DNA of 64,000 nucleotides from Steroidobacteraceae bacterium (GCA_040080215.1 JBEBIT010000008.1:14487-78486), one strand, 5' to 3'. Counted from the first letter of the stretch, positions 16,367 through 26,546 are shown. The notes: a model not told the origin generated them from the sequence alone. Program-made: numbers and translations.

Positions 16367-17509
16367 GTGGCGGTGATCAACAGCATTGCGGATTTGCGGG
16401 ACCTTGCCCGCAAGCGGGTTCCCCGGGCTATTTTCGAGTATGCGGATCGAGGTTCATACGACGAGATTACGCTGAGGCGCAATCGCGCGGACCTCGAGGC
16501 GCTAGAACTCAGGCAGCGCGTGATGATCGACCTGTCGCAGCTGTCGGTGGCGACCACCGTGCTCGGTGAGCCGTGGAGCTTCCCGGTGGCAATTGCTCCC
16601 ACTGGTCTCACGGGGCTTTTCCACGGCAATGGCGAGATTCACGGCGCGAGAGCAGCACAACAGGTCGGCGTGCCATTCACGTTGAGTACGATGTCCATCT
16701 GCTCGATTGAGGACGTCGCAGGCTCAGTCACGAAGCCGTTCTGGTTCCAGTTGTACCTGATGAAGGACCGCAGCTTCAATGAGGAGCTGATCGCACGGGC
16801 GGTGGCCGCCCGATGCAGTGCGTTGATGCTGACGCTCGACCTGACGGTGATGGGAGTGCGGCGACGCGATGCGAAGAACGGCCTCAGCATTCCCCCGCGC
16901 CTGACGCTGCGCAACGCGCTCGATATCGCGAGCAAGCCCGCATGGGCGATGGGTGTCCTGTTCGGCAAGCGTCGCACGTTCGGCAACCTTGTGGCGCGCA
17001 TGCCGGACACAGGCGGTCTGCTGACGTTGTCCCAGTGGATCGCGACGCAGTTCGATCCTTCCATCACATGGGCAGACCTCGAATGGGTGCGGGCGCGTTG
17101 GCCCGGAAAGCTCATCGTCAAGGGCGTGCTAGACGCCGAGGATGCCCGCCTCGCGGCAGAGCACGGGGTTGATGCGCTCGTGGTGTCGAACCACGGGGGC
17201 CGGCAGCTCGACAGCGCGCCGTCGACGATCTCTGTCCTGCCTGAAGTCGTTGAGGCCGTGGCCGGACGCTGCGAGGTGCTCTTCGATGGCGGCGTCCAGA
17301 GCGGCCAGGATGTCTTGAAGGCGCTTGCGCTGGGTGCTCGTGGCTGCCTTATTGGCAAGGCGTTCCTGTACGCGCTGGCAGCAAGGGGCGAAGCCGGGGT
17401 GCTGCTGGCGCTTGAGATCCTGCGCAAAGAGCTTGAAGTGAGCATGGCCCTGTCCGGCTGCACGGATGCCCGCAAGATCGACGCATCAATCCTGCGGGGG
17501 ACGCGATGA
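16367..17509 (+). CDS. FMN-dependent alpha-hydroxy-acid dehydrogenase/oxidase (LldD/MdlB/glycolate oxidase family)
   Basis: ORF 16367..17509 with a GTG start. Motifs present are IADLRDLARKRVPRAIFEYADRGSYDEITLRRN, WFQLY, VVSNHGGRQLD and a C-terminal FLYALA. Confidence 0.9.
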   Translation: MAVINSIADLRDLARKRVPRAIFEYADRGSYDEITLRRNRADLEALELRQRVMIDLSQLSVATTVLGEPWSFPVAIAPTGLTGLFHGNGEIHGARAAQQVGVPFTLSTMSICSIEDVAGSVTKPFWFQLYLMKDRSFNEELIARAVAARCSALMLTLDLTVMGVRRRDAKNGLSIPPRLTLRNALDIASKPAWAMGVLFGKRRTFGNLVARMPDTGGLLTLSQWIATQFDPSITWADLEWVRARWPGKLIVKGVLDAEDARLAAEHGVDALVVSNHGGRQLDSAPSTISVLPEVVEAVAGRCEVLFDGGVQSGQDVLKALALGARGCLIGKAFLYALAARGEAGVLLALEILRKELEVSMALSGCTDARKIDASILRGTR

Positions 17510-17528
17510 AAATGACGGGCAGTACCTG

Positions 17529-18404
17529 TTACTGCCAGCCGTTGCGCCAGTAAAGGCACATGCGGTCGACGTTGAGCGGCAGGTACTCGTCGTAGGTCAC
17601 CCAGCTCGCGTATTTCGGGAGCTTGATTTCCTTTGGCGCGACGTCGGGGCACTTGCCCTGCATGTGGGCGACGCGGACGGCTTCCTTCAGGTCCGTGAAG
17701 TAGCCCTTCATCGCGCGGATGTCGTCCTTGTCGCCCCAGCCCTTGGGGTTGTTCGCACGCGGATGGCTGACGACCAGCTTCTCCCAGTCGAGCGCGAGCA
17801 CGCGGTCGATACCTTCCAGCCATTCGTCGACGTAGGAGTCGAACATGCTGCGCCAGAAGATTTCCTTCACCGGCAGCCAGTCGGCGGCGTAGATGACCTT
17901 CTGGTCGGGTACCGAGATCACGAGACTGTTGTCGGAGTGATTGCGGCCAAGGTAGAGCAGGTCGACGCGGGTCTTGCCTACTTTAAGCGTCATCTTGTCG
18001 TTGACCAGCTTCGTCGGCAGCGGGATGGCCGGGTTCTTCAGGCGATCAAGCTGCACACGGGCAAGTCGATGCGCAACGAACTCAGTGCCTTTCTCCTGGA
18101 ATACCGCGCCACCTTCGATGTGGTCGTAATGATGATGGCTGTAGACCACATACTTGATCGGCGCCTGCGTGATCTTGCGAATCTCCGCGAGGTACACGGG
18201 CGCCGTGGTCGTGCTGATCGGATCAGTGACGACGACGCCTGCCGGGTCGACGACGAACATCGACTGGTAACCGCGGTACTGGAAGATGTACACGCCCGGC
18301 ATGACGTTCTTCACCTCAGCGGGAGGCGGTTCGGCTCCCATGAGCACGCTGCTCACGGCGCCCAGGCACAGCAGGGCGATCAGTCGAAAGAGTCGGTGGT
18401 GCAT
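17529..18404 (-). CDS. Secreted MBL-fold metallo-hydrolase
   Basis: ORF 17529..18404(-). It has the signal peptide MHHRLFRLIALLCLGAVSSVLMGA and the HxHxDH motif SHHHYDHIEGG. Confidence 0.85.
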   Translation of the reverse strand: MHHRLFRLIALLCLGAVSSVLMGAEPPPAEVKNVMPGVYIFQYRGYQSMFVVDPAGVVVTDPISTTTAPVYLAEIRKITQAPIKYVVYSHHHYDHIEGGAVFQEKGTEFVAHRLARVQLDRLKNPAIPLPTKLVNDKMTLKVGKTRVDLLYLGRNHSDNSLVISVPDQKVIYAADWLPVKEIFWRSMFDSYVDEWLEGIDRVLALDWEKLVVSHPRANNPKGWGDKDDIRAMKGYFTDLKEAVRVAHMQGKCPDVAPKEIKLPKYASWVTYDEYLPLNVDRMCLYWRNGWQ

Positions 18405-18508
18405 TGTCGTTCCTCTAGATCATTCCATCTGTTCATGAGCAGTTTTCTTCCAGGGTCCCGCAGAGGCGATGGCCGGACGCAAGCCTGGCAGACTCGGGTC
18501 CGTCGAGT

Positions 18509-19369
18509 TCACGGACGCGGTTCGCCACGCGCCGCGGCAATCGCCGCTGTTGCCAGTGGCTTCATCAATGCATATCCGTCCCTGTTGGGATGGACGCCGT
18601 CGTTGGTCAGCGTCTTGGTCAGGCCAAGTGCCTTGTCGGCAAGCACGGCGTGATAGTCGACGTAACGAATGCCCTTGCCGGCAGCATAACCTTGCAGCCA
18701 TGCGTTCAGGCGCGCGATGGTCGGCGCCGGATCGAGCCCGGGTTTCCACGGGAAATCGGCAGCAGGCGGAACCGACGCGAGGATGACCTCGATGCCATGT
18801 GCCTCGGCCAGCTCCACCATCGACTGGATATTCGCCTGCACCGTCTCGAGCGTGGTCGGCCCGGAGTTGCCGGCGACATCGTTGGTGCCCCCCATGATGT
18901 GGACCGCGATGGGTTCGAGTGCCACGACATCCTGGCGGAAGCGCACCAGCATCTGCCCCGTGGTCTGGCCGCTGATGCCACGATCGATGACGCCGGCAGA
19001 AAACAGGGCGGGATCGCCCAGCTTCCAGAATTCGGTAATCGAATCACCCATGAAGACGACGCGCTGTTCATCCGCGGCGGGCGAGCCGAGCGCACGATTC
19101 TCGGCTTCGTAACGGCACAACTGGGCCCAGTCGTTCGCGAGGCGTTCCGCATCGGTGCGCTGGCGGGCGGCCGCAGTGGCCGGGTCCGCTGGCAGCTGGG
19201 TTGCCCCTGGCTCGAGGAGCCGGGCAAGCCGCGGCGTCAGCGTGCCGGCTGCCGCGGCCGGTGGGGGACAGGGTTGCCCGGTGATGCCAACGGCGCGCTG
19301 CGGTGCGGCAGCCCCAATCAGTGCCATCGGGAATGTGACCAGCACGACGACGGCGATCAAGCGCTTCAT
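18509..19369 (-). CDS. Secreted SGNH/GDSL-family hydrolase
   Basis: Internal ATG at 19369 of ORF 18509..19690(-). It has the signal peptide MKRLIAVVVLVTFPMALIGAAAP. The catalytic blocks are FMGDSITEFW (block I), GISGQTT, GGTNDVAGN and NDGVHPN (block V). Confidence 0.85.
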   Translation of the reverse strand: MKRLIAVVVLVTFPMALIGAAAPQRAVGITGQPCPPPAAAAGTLTPRLARLLEPGATQLPADPATAAARQRTDAERLANDWAQLCRYEAENRALGSPAADEQRVVFMGDSITEFWKLGDPALFSAGVIDRGISGQTTGQMLVRFRQDVVALEPIAVHIMGGTNDVAGNSGPTTLETVQANIQSMVELAEAHGIEVILASVPPAADFPWKPGLDPAPTIARLNAWLQGYAAGKGIRYVDYHAVLADKALGLTKTLTNDGVHPNRDGYALMKPLATAAIAAARGEPRP

Positions 19370-19508
19370 GCAGACAACTCCGGATGAAAACAGGCTGCGG
19401 GCGCAATGTTGACAGCGCTGTCTAGGCCACGCAAGCTGCATCAAACAAATACGGGTGTCACGCCTGATGCCCGCGACAACACCAAGGTTTGCACACGGAG
19501 GGGAACCC

Positions 19509-20414
19509 ATGCGAGTCGCGAACTGTTCGAGACGGGAATTCATCACCGGCGCGCTGTCGGCAGCCGCAGTGGTCGGAGGCTTGGGCCTCTCGCGCAACGC
19601 GTTCGCGCTCGATACGCCTTTCCTGTTCCAGACGCATTCGCTCAGGGACTGGTTCATCCGCGATTTCGCCGGCACCCTCAAGGAGCTCAAGGACGTGGGC
19701 TACACCGGGATGGAGATCACTTCGTTCCACGGCTTCAAGGGCAACGTGCGCGGTGACTACGGCCCGCTCACCGACATGCCGCCGGCGCAGATCCGCAAGA
19801 TCATCACGGACTCGGGCCTCAGCTGCGAGAGCAGCCACTTCATGGCGAATGAGTTCGACGAGGCAGGCTTTGGCGCCGCGGTCGACTGGGCGCATGGCGT
19901 CGGCCTCAAGTACATGGTCGCGACGGGCTTGCCCACCGCAAAGACGTCGGCGGAATGGCGGCAGCAGTTCGACTGGATGAATCGCGTGGGCGAGCGGGTC
20001 CGCCGCGAAGGCATGCGGCTTGGCTTCCATACCGACGCATCCGTATGGACGCGCTACGACGGCAAGCTCGCGATGGACGAGATGCTGCGTAACGTGCCCG
20101 ACGAGAACTGCCTGCAGCAGCTCGATCTTGCCGGCGTCATCGAACACGACGTGGATGCAGGGGCGTACCTTTCGGCCCATCCCGGTCGTTTCTATTGGCT
20201 GCACCTGCGCGACGGCGTGAAGCCCGCGCAAGCCGGCGCCTACCTGCCCGCCCTCGTGCCGGGGCAGGGTGTGATCAACTGGAAGAGCGTGATGGCCGGC
20301 GCAAAGAAGGCGGGCGTCAAGAGTTACATCGTCGAGATGCAGGTGCGTCCGGTGGAAGGTTCGATGGATGCTTTCAAGGAAAGCTACAAGTACCTGCGCG
20401 CGATGACGCTCTGA
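19509..20414 (+). CDS. Xylose-isomerase-like TIM-barrel enzyme with a twin-arginine signal (second exported copy)
   Basis: Internal ATG at 19509. The leader MRVANCSRREFITGALSAAAVVGGLGLSRNAFA is Tat-type. The body carries GYTGMEI, GFHTD, WLHLRD and IVEMQ. Confidence 0.8.
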   Translation: MRVANCSRREFITGALSAAAVVGGLGLSRNAFALDTPFLFQTHSLRDWFIRDFAGTLKELKDVGYTGMEITSFHGFKGNVRGDYGPLTDMPPAQIRKIITDSGLSCESSHFMANEFDEAGFGAAVDWAHGVGLKYMVATGLPTAKTSAEWRQQFDWMNRVGERVRREGMRLGFHTDASVWTRYDGKLAMDEMLRNVPDENCLQQLDLAGVIEHDVDAGAYLSAHPGRFYWLHLRDGVKPAQAGAYLPALVPGQGVINWKSVMAGAKKAGVKSYIVEMQVRPVEGSMDAFKESYKYLRAMTL

Positions 20415-20436
20415 TCGCAGGATTGGGAAGTCCGAT

Positions 20437-21306
20437 ATGCCCGATACCCACGCTACGCACTCGTCAATGGTGCCGCTGCTGCGCCTAAGCGATGGTCGCA
20501 CCGCGCCGCAGCTTGGCCTCGGCGTATGGCAGGTTCCCGACGACACAGTGGCTCGCGTCGTCCGCGACGCGATTGGTCTCGGCTACCGCTCCATCGACAC
20601 CGCAACGATCTATGGCAATGAACGGGGAATCGGGCAGGGCATTCGAGAGTCCGCGTTGCCTCGAGGGCAGTTATTCATCACGACCAAGCTGTGGAACACC
20701 AGCCACGGCTACGATGCAACACTATTGGCATTCAGCGAGAGCCTCGCGAAATTGCAGCTCGACTATGTGGACCTCTACCTGATCCACTGGCCCGTTGCGA
20801 GTTCAGGCGAGTTCATCGAGAGCTGGCGCGCGATGATCAAGTTGAGGCAGGACGGGCGCGTGCGGTCGATCGGTGTCTGCAATTTCAATCCGGCGCACCT
20901 CGTCCGGTTGATTGAAGAGACGGGCGTCCGGCCGGTGGTCAACCAGATCGAGTTGCACCCGGGCTTCCAGCAGCACGAGGTGTCGAAGTTCAATGCGACG
21001 CTCGACGTCGTGACTGAATCGTGGAGCCCGCTGGGGCAGGGCAAGGTCCTCACCCATCCGGTGGTGGCGGCCATGGCGCGGAAGCACCAGCGCACACCCG
21101 CGCAGGTCGTGCTGCGCTGGCATCTCGACCAGGGGTTCATGGTGATACCAAAGACCGTCCATGCCGAGCGCCTGCGGGAGAACCTAGCACCTTTCGGTTT
21201 CTCGCTGGACGACGATGATCATGCCGCGATCGCCACCCTCGATAACCCGCAAGGCAGGCTCGGGGAAGATCCCGAGCTCGTGGGACTGCCGCCGCCGCAT
21301 GCTTGA
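20437..21306 (+). CDS. Aldo-keto reductase (DkgA/2,5-diketo-D-gluconate reductase-like)
   Basis: ORF 20437..21306. Motifs present are LGLGVWQV, YRSIDTATIYGNE, LFITTKLW, DLYLIHWP, GVCNF, NQIELHP and LRWHLDQG. Confidence 0.9.
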   Translation: MPDTHATHSSMVPLLRLSDGRTAPQLGLGVWQVPDDTVARVVRDAIGLGYRSIDTATIYGNERGIGQGIRESALPRGQLFITTKLWNTSHGYDATLLAFSESLAKLQLDYVDLYLIHWPVASSGEFIESWRAMIKLRQDGRVRSIGVCNFNPAHLVRLIEETGVRPVVNQIELHPGFQQHEVSKFNATLDVVTESWSPLGQGKVLTHPVVAAMARKHQRTPAQVVLRWHLDQGFMVIPKTVHAERLRENLAPFGFSLDDDDHAAIATLDNPQGRLGEDPELVGLPPPHA

Positions 21307-21316
21307 TGGAGCCGCG

Positions 21317-22351
21317 ATGGATACAGTGACACCTGACTTGATGCGCCGTGCGGTGCTGCAGGGCCTCGGGGCCAGCGGACTCGGTGCCCTGCTGTCACCC
21401 CGAGCGACGTTCGCCGCAGCGACTGCGCCCCATCGCATCGACATTCATTCGCACATTGCGCCTCCCGAGTGGATACGCAGCCTGACGCCCGAGGGCGTCA
21501 TCCTGCCGCCGCTCGCCAACTGGACGATTGCGCGACATCTCGACGACATGGATGGGGCGGGCGTTGCCACGGCCATCACGTCGATGACCTCGCCGGGATT
21601 GTGGTTTGGCGACCCTGCGGTCGCGAGGCCGCTCGCCCGCGCGTGCAATGATTACGCGGCGCAGCTGCGGGCAGACTATCCTGGCCGATTCGGCGTCTTC
21701 GTCGTGCTACCGCTGCCTGACATCGACGGCAGCCTCAAGGAGCTCGAATACGGTCTCGATGTGCTCAAGGCCGACGGAGTGTGCCTGTTCACCAGCTATG
21801 GCGACAAATGGCTCGGTGACCCGGCGTTCGATCCGGTGTTCGCCGAACTGAACCGCCGCAAGACCGTGGTGTACACCCATCCGATCAGCGCGAACTGCTG
21901 CCGCAACCTCGTGCCCGGCATCAATGACCCCTCCATCGAGTTCGGTACGGATACCACGCGTGCGATCGCGCGCTTCGTCTACAGCGGCAGCGCAGCGCGG
22001 TTCCCCGACGTGAAGCTGATCTTCAGCCATGCTGGCGGCACGATGCCGTTCCTGATCGAGCGGTTCGACCTGTTGTCGCGAACCCCGCCGTATCCGCAAT
22101 CGCTGCCCGCCGGCTTCCGATCGTACGCGCGGAACTTCTATTACGACACGGCGCAATCGTCGAACGCGGTGGCGCTCACTGCATTGAAGGCCGTGGTGCC
22201 CACATCGCATATTCTGTTCGGCACGGACTATCCGTTCCGCACGTCGCTGGAACACGTCGAAGGATTGCAGAAAGCCGGTGTGTTTACCGCGGAGGAAGTC
22301 CGCGGGATCGAACGCGATCACGCGCTGGCGTTGCTCGGAAGGCCCCGATAG
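21317..22351 (+). CDS. Amidohydrolase-2 (ACMSD/LigI/LigJ/LigW superfamily) enzyme with a twin-arginine signal
   Basis: Internal ATG at 21317. The Tat-type leader is MDTVTPDLMRRAVLQGLGASGLGALLSPRATFAAA. The metal-binding HxH follows in HRIDIHSHIAPPEW, and FSHAGG and GTDYPF come later. Confidence 0.8.
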   Translation: MDTVTPDLMRRAVLQGLGASGLGALLSPRATFAAATAPHRIDIHSHIAPPEWIRSLTPEGVILPPLANWTIARHLDDMDGAGVATAITSMTSPGLWFGDPAVARPLARACNDYAAQLRADYPGRFGVFVVLPLPDIDGSLKELEYGLDVLKADGVCLFTSYGDKWLGDPAFDPVFAELNRRKTVVYTHPISANCCRNLVPGINDPSIEFGTDTTRAIARFVYSGSAARFPDVKLIFSHAGGTMPFLIERFDLLSRTPPYPQSLPAGFRSYARNFYYDTAQSSNAVALTALKAVVPTSHILFGTDYPFRTSLEHVEGLQKAGVFTAEEVRGIERDHALALLGRPR

Positions 22352-22388
22352 ACCGCTGCGTCCGGACCAGCGCAGCGTCGCCCTGAGT

Positions 22389-23438
22389 TCAGCCGCGGAA
22401 ACGCGGCAGCAGTTTCAGCGCGTTGTCGCGCCGCACGGCGAGCAACTCGGCCGCCGACAAGCCGAGTCCGGCGAGGCCGTCATTCGTCGCACCCACGGGG
22501 ACGTAAGGGTAATCGCTGCCCAGCATGATCTGCGAGATCGGTGCGACGGTGGCCAGGGCGGCCCATGCCGCGCGATTGGCCGCATTGGCCATTTCGTAGT
22601 GCAAGCGCGCGAGTTCCGCGTTCAGGCCTTGTGGCATCTTCTCCGCCTTGTCCTTCGCCGTGGCGAGCTGCGAGATGCGGCCCGCGAGGACCGGCAGCGT
22701 GCCGCCTGCATGCGAGAACACGAAGCGGATGTCCCGGTACTTCATCAGGCTGCCGGTAAACAGCAGGCTGGTGATGGCGCGCGCCGTGTCGTGCGGATAT
22801 TCAATGAGGTTGGGTGTCACTGACGACATCAGCGTGCGGCAGCAGTCAGCGCCCGTCGGGTGATAGTAGACGACGGCCTTGCGACGGTTGAGTTCCTCGA
22901 GGACCGGGGCAAACAGCGGATCGCCGGCCCACTTGTCGCCATGGCTCGTCATCATGCCGATGCCGTCTGCCTTGAGCACATCAAGGGCGTAGGCAAGTTC
23001 GCGCAGGCTCCCCTCCGTGTCGGGCAGGGGCAATGCAGCGAAGAAGCCGAAGCGGCCGGGGTGGTCGGCCGCCAGTTTCGCCATGTATTCATTGCACTGC
23101 CGCGCGAGCTTGCGGCCCTGTTCGACGTCGCCGAACCAGACGCCCGGCTGCGTGATCGACGCTACGGCCGACGCGATGCCGTTGCGGTCCATTTCCTCGA
23201 GCGTGCGCGCCAGCGTCCATTGTTCGATGATCGCGGGACTGACTGAATTCGCGCGGGCGACGGCAAGGAAATCCGGCGGGAACACGTGGTGATGGACGTC
23301 GATGAAGCCCTTGCCGGCGGCTGGCGCCGCAGTCCACCCGCTGCCTGGCAACAGGAGCGCACTGGCGGCAGCACCGAGGCCGGCCAGTACCTGTCGTCTC
23401 GACACAGCCGATTCGTTGTCCGATTGGAAGGGATGCAT
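22389..23438 (-). CDS. Amidohydrolase-2 family enzyme with a twin-arginine signal (paralog of 21317..22351)
   Basis: Internal ATG at 23438. The leader includes VSRRQVLAGLGAAASALLLPGSGWTAAPAAG. FIDVHHHVFPPDF, FSHAGGT and GSDYPY follow. It is colinear with its neighbour over most of its length. Confidence 0.8.
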   Translation of the reverse strand: MHPFQSDNESAVSRRQVLAGLGAAASALLLPGSGWTAAPAAGKGFIDVHHHVFPPDFLAVARANSVSPAIIEQWTLARTLEEMDRNGIASAVASITQPGVWFGDVEQGRKLARQCNEYMAKLAADHPGRFGFFAALPLPDTEGSLRELAYALDVLKADGIGMMTSHGDKWAGDPLFAPVLEELNRRKAVVYYHPTGADCCRTLMSSVTPNLIEYPHDTARAITSLLFTGSLMKYRDIRFVFSHAGGTLPVLAGRISQLATAKDKAEKMPQGLNAELARLHYEMANAANRAAWAALATVAPISQIMLGSDYPYVPVGATNDGLAGLGLSAAELLAVRRDNALKLLPRFRG

Positions 23439-23464
23439 GACGCCGTCCTCCTGATCCGATGCGA

Positions 23465-24298
23465 TTAGTCGCAGACTTGCTGCCACTCGGCAAGCGCAAT
23501 GCCGGTATACCACGTGGTCAGCGGCCTGTAGAAGAAGCTGTCGAAGCGGGCACCCGGGCCGGCCACGCCACGCGCCATCAGCCACGTGCGGATCTCTTCG
23601 GTGCCGTTGCCGGCCAGGTTGACGTTGTCGGTCGCGTAGCGGACGACGGCTTCATCCGTGCCTTCGCGCAGCAAGCGCAGGAACTCCTTGTCGAACGCTT
23701 CGTTGATCATGCCCATGCGGGGCGTGCCGACGTCATGGCTCAAGCCTCCCGTGCCGAGAAAGCACACGCGCTCGACACCTTTGAAGCTCGCGATCGCCTC
23801 GCGCAGGAGCTTTCCCCATTGCAGGCAACGTTGCATGGTCGGCAACGGCGGCTGCACGCAATTCACAAGCAGCGGCACCACGGGGAGGTCACCAGGAACG
23901 CCCGCCAGTTCGAGCGGCGTGAGCATCCCGTGATCGAGGATCAGCTCCATGGACAGCGCCGGATCGAAGCCCGCAGCATAGGCTTCGCCGATCAGATGGG
24001 CACCGAGCGCCGCATTGCCTTGCAGCCAGCGTCGCTTGGCCTTGAGCCAGGGCTCGATCGGTGTCTCGTAGCTGTCCGCCGCGCCGATGCAGAAGGCGGG
24101 CAGGTTGTTGAGGAAGAAGTTGTGCAGGTGGTCATCCGCGGCGATGACGATGGCCTGCGGGCGCGCGGCCGCAATGCGCTTCCCGAGTTCCTTGAAGCTG
24201 GCGTAGACCGCCTCCCGGTCCGCTACCGACACGGCGTCGGGGAAATTCAGCATCACCGGAGTATGGGTTGCGGCGAAGACGCCGGTGATGTCAGCCAT
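23465..24298 (-). CDS. Class III extradiol ring-cleavage dioxygenase, catalytic (LigB-like) subunit
   Basis: ORF 23465..24298(-). Motifs MADITGVFAATHTP, IVIAADDHLHNFF, LPAFCIG, LDHG and GTGGLSHD match the LigB/protocatechuate 4,5-dioxygenase beta family. Confidence 0.85.
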   Translation of the reverse strand: MADITGVFAATHTPVMLNFPDAVSVADREAVYASFKELGKRIAAARPQAIVIAADDHLHNFFLNNLPAFCIGAADSYETPIEPWLKAKRRWLQGNAALGAHLIGEAYAAGFDPALSMELILDHGMLTPLELAGVPGDLPVVPLLVNCVQPPLPTMQRCLQWGKLLREAIASFKGVERVCFLGTGGLSHDVGTPRMGMINEAFDKEFLRLLREGTDEAVVRYATDNVNLAGNGTEEIRTWLMARGVAGPGARFDSFFYRPLTTWYTGIALAEWQQVCD

Positions 24299-24620
24299 GG
24301 ACCGGACCTACTGCGCGCAAGGAGTCGAGGAAAGTGTCTTCGGGAATCCTGAGCGCGAGGCAATGGGCACGGATCAGGTACGGATTGGCGCCCGCGAGAT
24401 ACATCTGGCCGAAGTCATTGTCGTAGAGCGCCTGCTTGAGGGCCTGGGGCAACGGGATCTTGGCCATGTACGCGACGCGATCGGCCACGAAGCGCTCGAA
24501 GTCGGGACGCTTGTGTTGCACGTCGAACAGGATGCGGTCGATCCAGTACGCGTCCGCATCCGGCATGCCGAGCTGCCAGTTCTTGCCGTTGTAGCGCGGC
24601 TTCGCGGTCGCCTCCGTCAT
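24291..24620 (-). CDS. LigA-like small subunit of the extradiol dioxygenase
   Basis: Internal ATG at 24620 of ORF 24291..24947(-), giving 109 aa (MTEATAKPRYNGKNWQL...ILFDVQHKRPDFERFVADRVAYMAKIPLPQALKQALYDNDFGQMYLAGANPY). It overlaps the LigB start by 8 nt and the upstream hydrolase stop by ATGA. Confidence 0.7.
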   Translation of the reverse strand: MTEATAKPRYNGKNWQLGMPDADAYWIDRILFDVQHKRPDFERFVADRVAYMAKIPLPQALKQALYDNDFGQMYLAGANPYLIRAHCLALRIPEDTFLDSLRAVGPVHG

Positions 24621-25756
24621 GCACGGACCTGTTCGACGAGCCACTCGACGATCGTCGGCACGGTACGGGGCGTGTGGCCCATGTGGCCGCCCGGAAAGAG
24701 CCGCACGGATTTCGGACTGCCGTGATCGAGGAGCAGGAAGATATCCTCGACAGGACACTGCTTGTCGAACTTGCCGTTGACGAGCAGGAGCGGGGCGCAC
24801 GGCCGGTCGAGAAGCCCCAAGTCCACAAGCGAGAGCTTCTGGAAGAACTCGATGTACTCGGCGTCGCTCGATGCACCGAGCATGCGGCTGCGGGTCTCGA
24901 CGAGTTCCATCAGGTAGCTGTCTGGGTAGCGCGAGGCTTCGACCCAATCCTTCTGGAACATGTGGTGTGCACCGCCGCCCCAGCTCACGGCGCCTGCGAT
25001 GCGTTCCGGATGCAGGTGCGCGAGCTTGGTCGCCCAGTAACCGCCAAAGGAGCGGCCGAGGCAGCCCACCTTCGCGCCGCTCAAGTCGGCCTGCGCTGCG
25101 ATCCAGTCGAACACGGGCAGGAACTGGCGCTCCGCGTCGAACGAACCGACGACAGGCGATTCGCCGGTGCCGGCGTTATCCATGGCAATCGTGGCAACGC
25201 CCGCGGCGAGCAGGGCATTGCTGACTTCCGTCATCTGCTCCTTCCACGCATCCACGCCGCCCCACATCACGACGACAGGCGGCTTCGCCACATTGACTGG
25301 ACGGCGGACGAGAATCGGAATGACAGTGCCTTCGCCGGGTCGCCCGGAAAAGGGCACCTCGACACGCTCGATGCCTATCTTGAAGTAGCGCGCGGCATCG
25401 AGGTACGTCTCGCGTTCGCGGCGGGCGCATTCCAGCTTGCGCGGGTGATTGGGGCACGGAAAGCGGCCAAAGAAGTAGTAGCCGTGTGCGCGCATATACA
25501 ACCCGGCGGCCAAGGTGGCGTCGCCTCGCACTTCGGCGGCCCGCGCGAGTTCCGCCGTGCGGTCGCCGGCCTTGCCCCAGACATCGACCCAGCTGTCGCC
25601 GTCCAGTCCCTTGAGGCTGTCGATCAGCGGCGCGGCTTCCCGCGGGTCGAGCAGTGAAAGCGGATGGGCACGCGCGGCCAGCTTGTCGTGCATCCACTGC
25701 TTGGCTTCGGCCAAGGTTCGCGGACGGCCGGTGGGCAGGGGGGGCGACTCAGCCAT
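24617..25756 (-). CDS. Alpha/beta-fold hydrolase (FrsA/DHPON-hydrolase-like); candidate C-C hydrolase for the ring-fission product
   Basis: ORF 24617..25756(-), 379 aa. It has the nucleophile elbow GRSFGG and a typical alpha/beta layout. It is translationally coupled (ATGA overlap) to the LigA-like gene. Confidence 0.7.
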   Translation of the reverse strand: MAESPPLPTGRPRTLAEAKQWMHDKLAARAHPLSLLDPREAAPLIDSLKGLDGDSWVDVWGKAGDRTAELARAAEVRGDATLAAGLYMRAHGYYFFGRFPCPNHPRKLECARRERETYLDAARYFKIGIERVEVPFSGRPGEGTVIPILVRRPVNVAKPPVVVMWGGVDAWKEQMTEVSNALLAAGVATIAMDNAGTGESPVVGSFDAERQFLPVFDWIAAQADLSGAKVGCLGRSFGGYWATKLAHLHPERIAGAVSWGGGAHHMFQKDWVEASRYPDSYLMELVETRSRMLGASSDAEYIEFFQKLSLVDLGLLDRPCAPLLLVNGKFDKQCPVEDIFLLLDHGSPKSVRLFPGGHMGHTPRTVPTIVEWLVEQVRA

Positions 25757-25898
25757 GGGTGTCAGTTCCGGGGACGAGCAAGAAGAGAGGCAACTGCCTG
25801 GTCAGGCATTGTCCCTGCTGGGTGTCGGGGGACGTTTGACGAATGCGCGATGGATGTTGCCTTGCCCTGCACAGGGGCGCGGCAAGGACGGACCGGGG

Positions 25899-26540
25899 TC
25901 AGGCCAGGCTGACGGAGAAAGCGGCGGTCGTCCTCGATTTGACATCATCAAGCGTGACGCCGGGTGCGAGTTCGCGCAGTTCGAACCCGGAATGTCGGTC
26001 CGATCTCGCGAAGACGGCGAGGTCCGTGATCAGCAAATCGACGACGTTGACACCGGTGAGGGGAAGTTCGCAGCGCGGCTTGAACTTCGGCGCGCCCTTG
26101 CTCGTGTGTTCCATCACGACGACGACGCGCTTGACGCCGGCGACGAGGTCCATCGCGCCGCCCATGCCCTTGACCATCTTGCCGGGTACCATCCAGTTGG
26201 CGATGTCCCCTCCCTCGGAGATTTCCATCGCGCCGAGTACCGAGAGATCGATGTGCCCGCCGCGGATCATTGCGAAGCTGTCGGCCGAGGAAAAGTACGA
26301 CGAGAAGGGCAGTTCACTGACCGTCTGCTTGCCTGCGTTGATGAGGTCCGCGTCCTCCTGGCCCCTGAGCGGAAACGGTCCCATGCCCAGCATGCCGTTC
26401 TCCGACTGCAGGATGACGTGCACGCCGGCAGGGATGTAGTTGGCAACCAGCGTCGGGATGCCGATGCCGAGGTTCACGTAATAGCCATCCTGCAGTTCGC
26501 GCGCTGCGCGCTCGGCCATCTGTTCGCGAGTCCACGGCAT
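25899..26540 (-). CDS. 3-oxoacid CoA-transferase subunit B (PcaJ/ScoB family)
   Basis: ORF 25899..26540(-). The sequence [31 protein letters not shown]...SENG is the canonical B-subunit N-terminus and includes the catalytic-Glu SENG motif. Confidence 0.9.
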   Translation of the reverse strand: MPWTREQMAERAARELQDGYYVNLGIGIPTLVANYIPAGVHVILQSENGMLGMGPFPLRGQEDADLINAGKQTVSELPFSSYFSSADSFAMIRGGHIDLSVLGAMEISEGGDIANWMVPGKMVKGMGGAMDLVAGVKRVVVVMEHTSKGAPKFKPRCELPLTGVNVVDLLITDLAVFARSDRHSGFELRELAPGVTLDDVKSRTTAAFSVSLA

Positions 26541-26546
26541 GATTCG

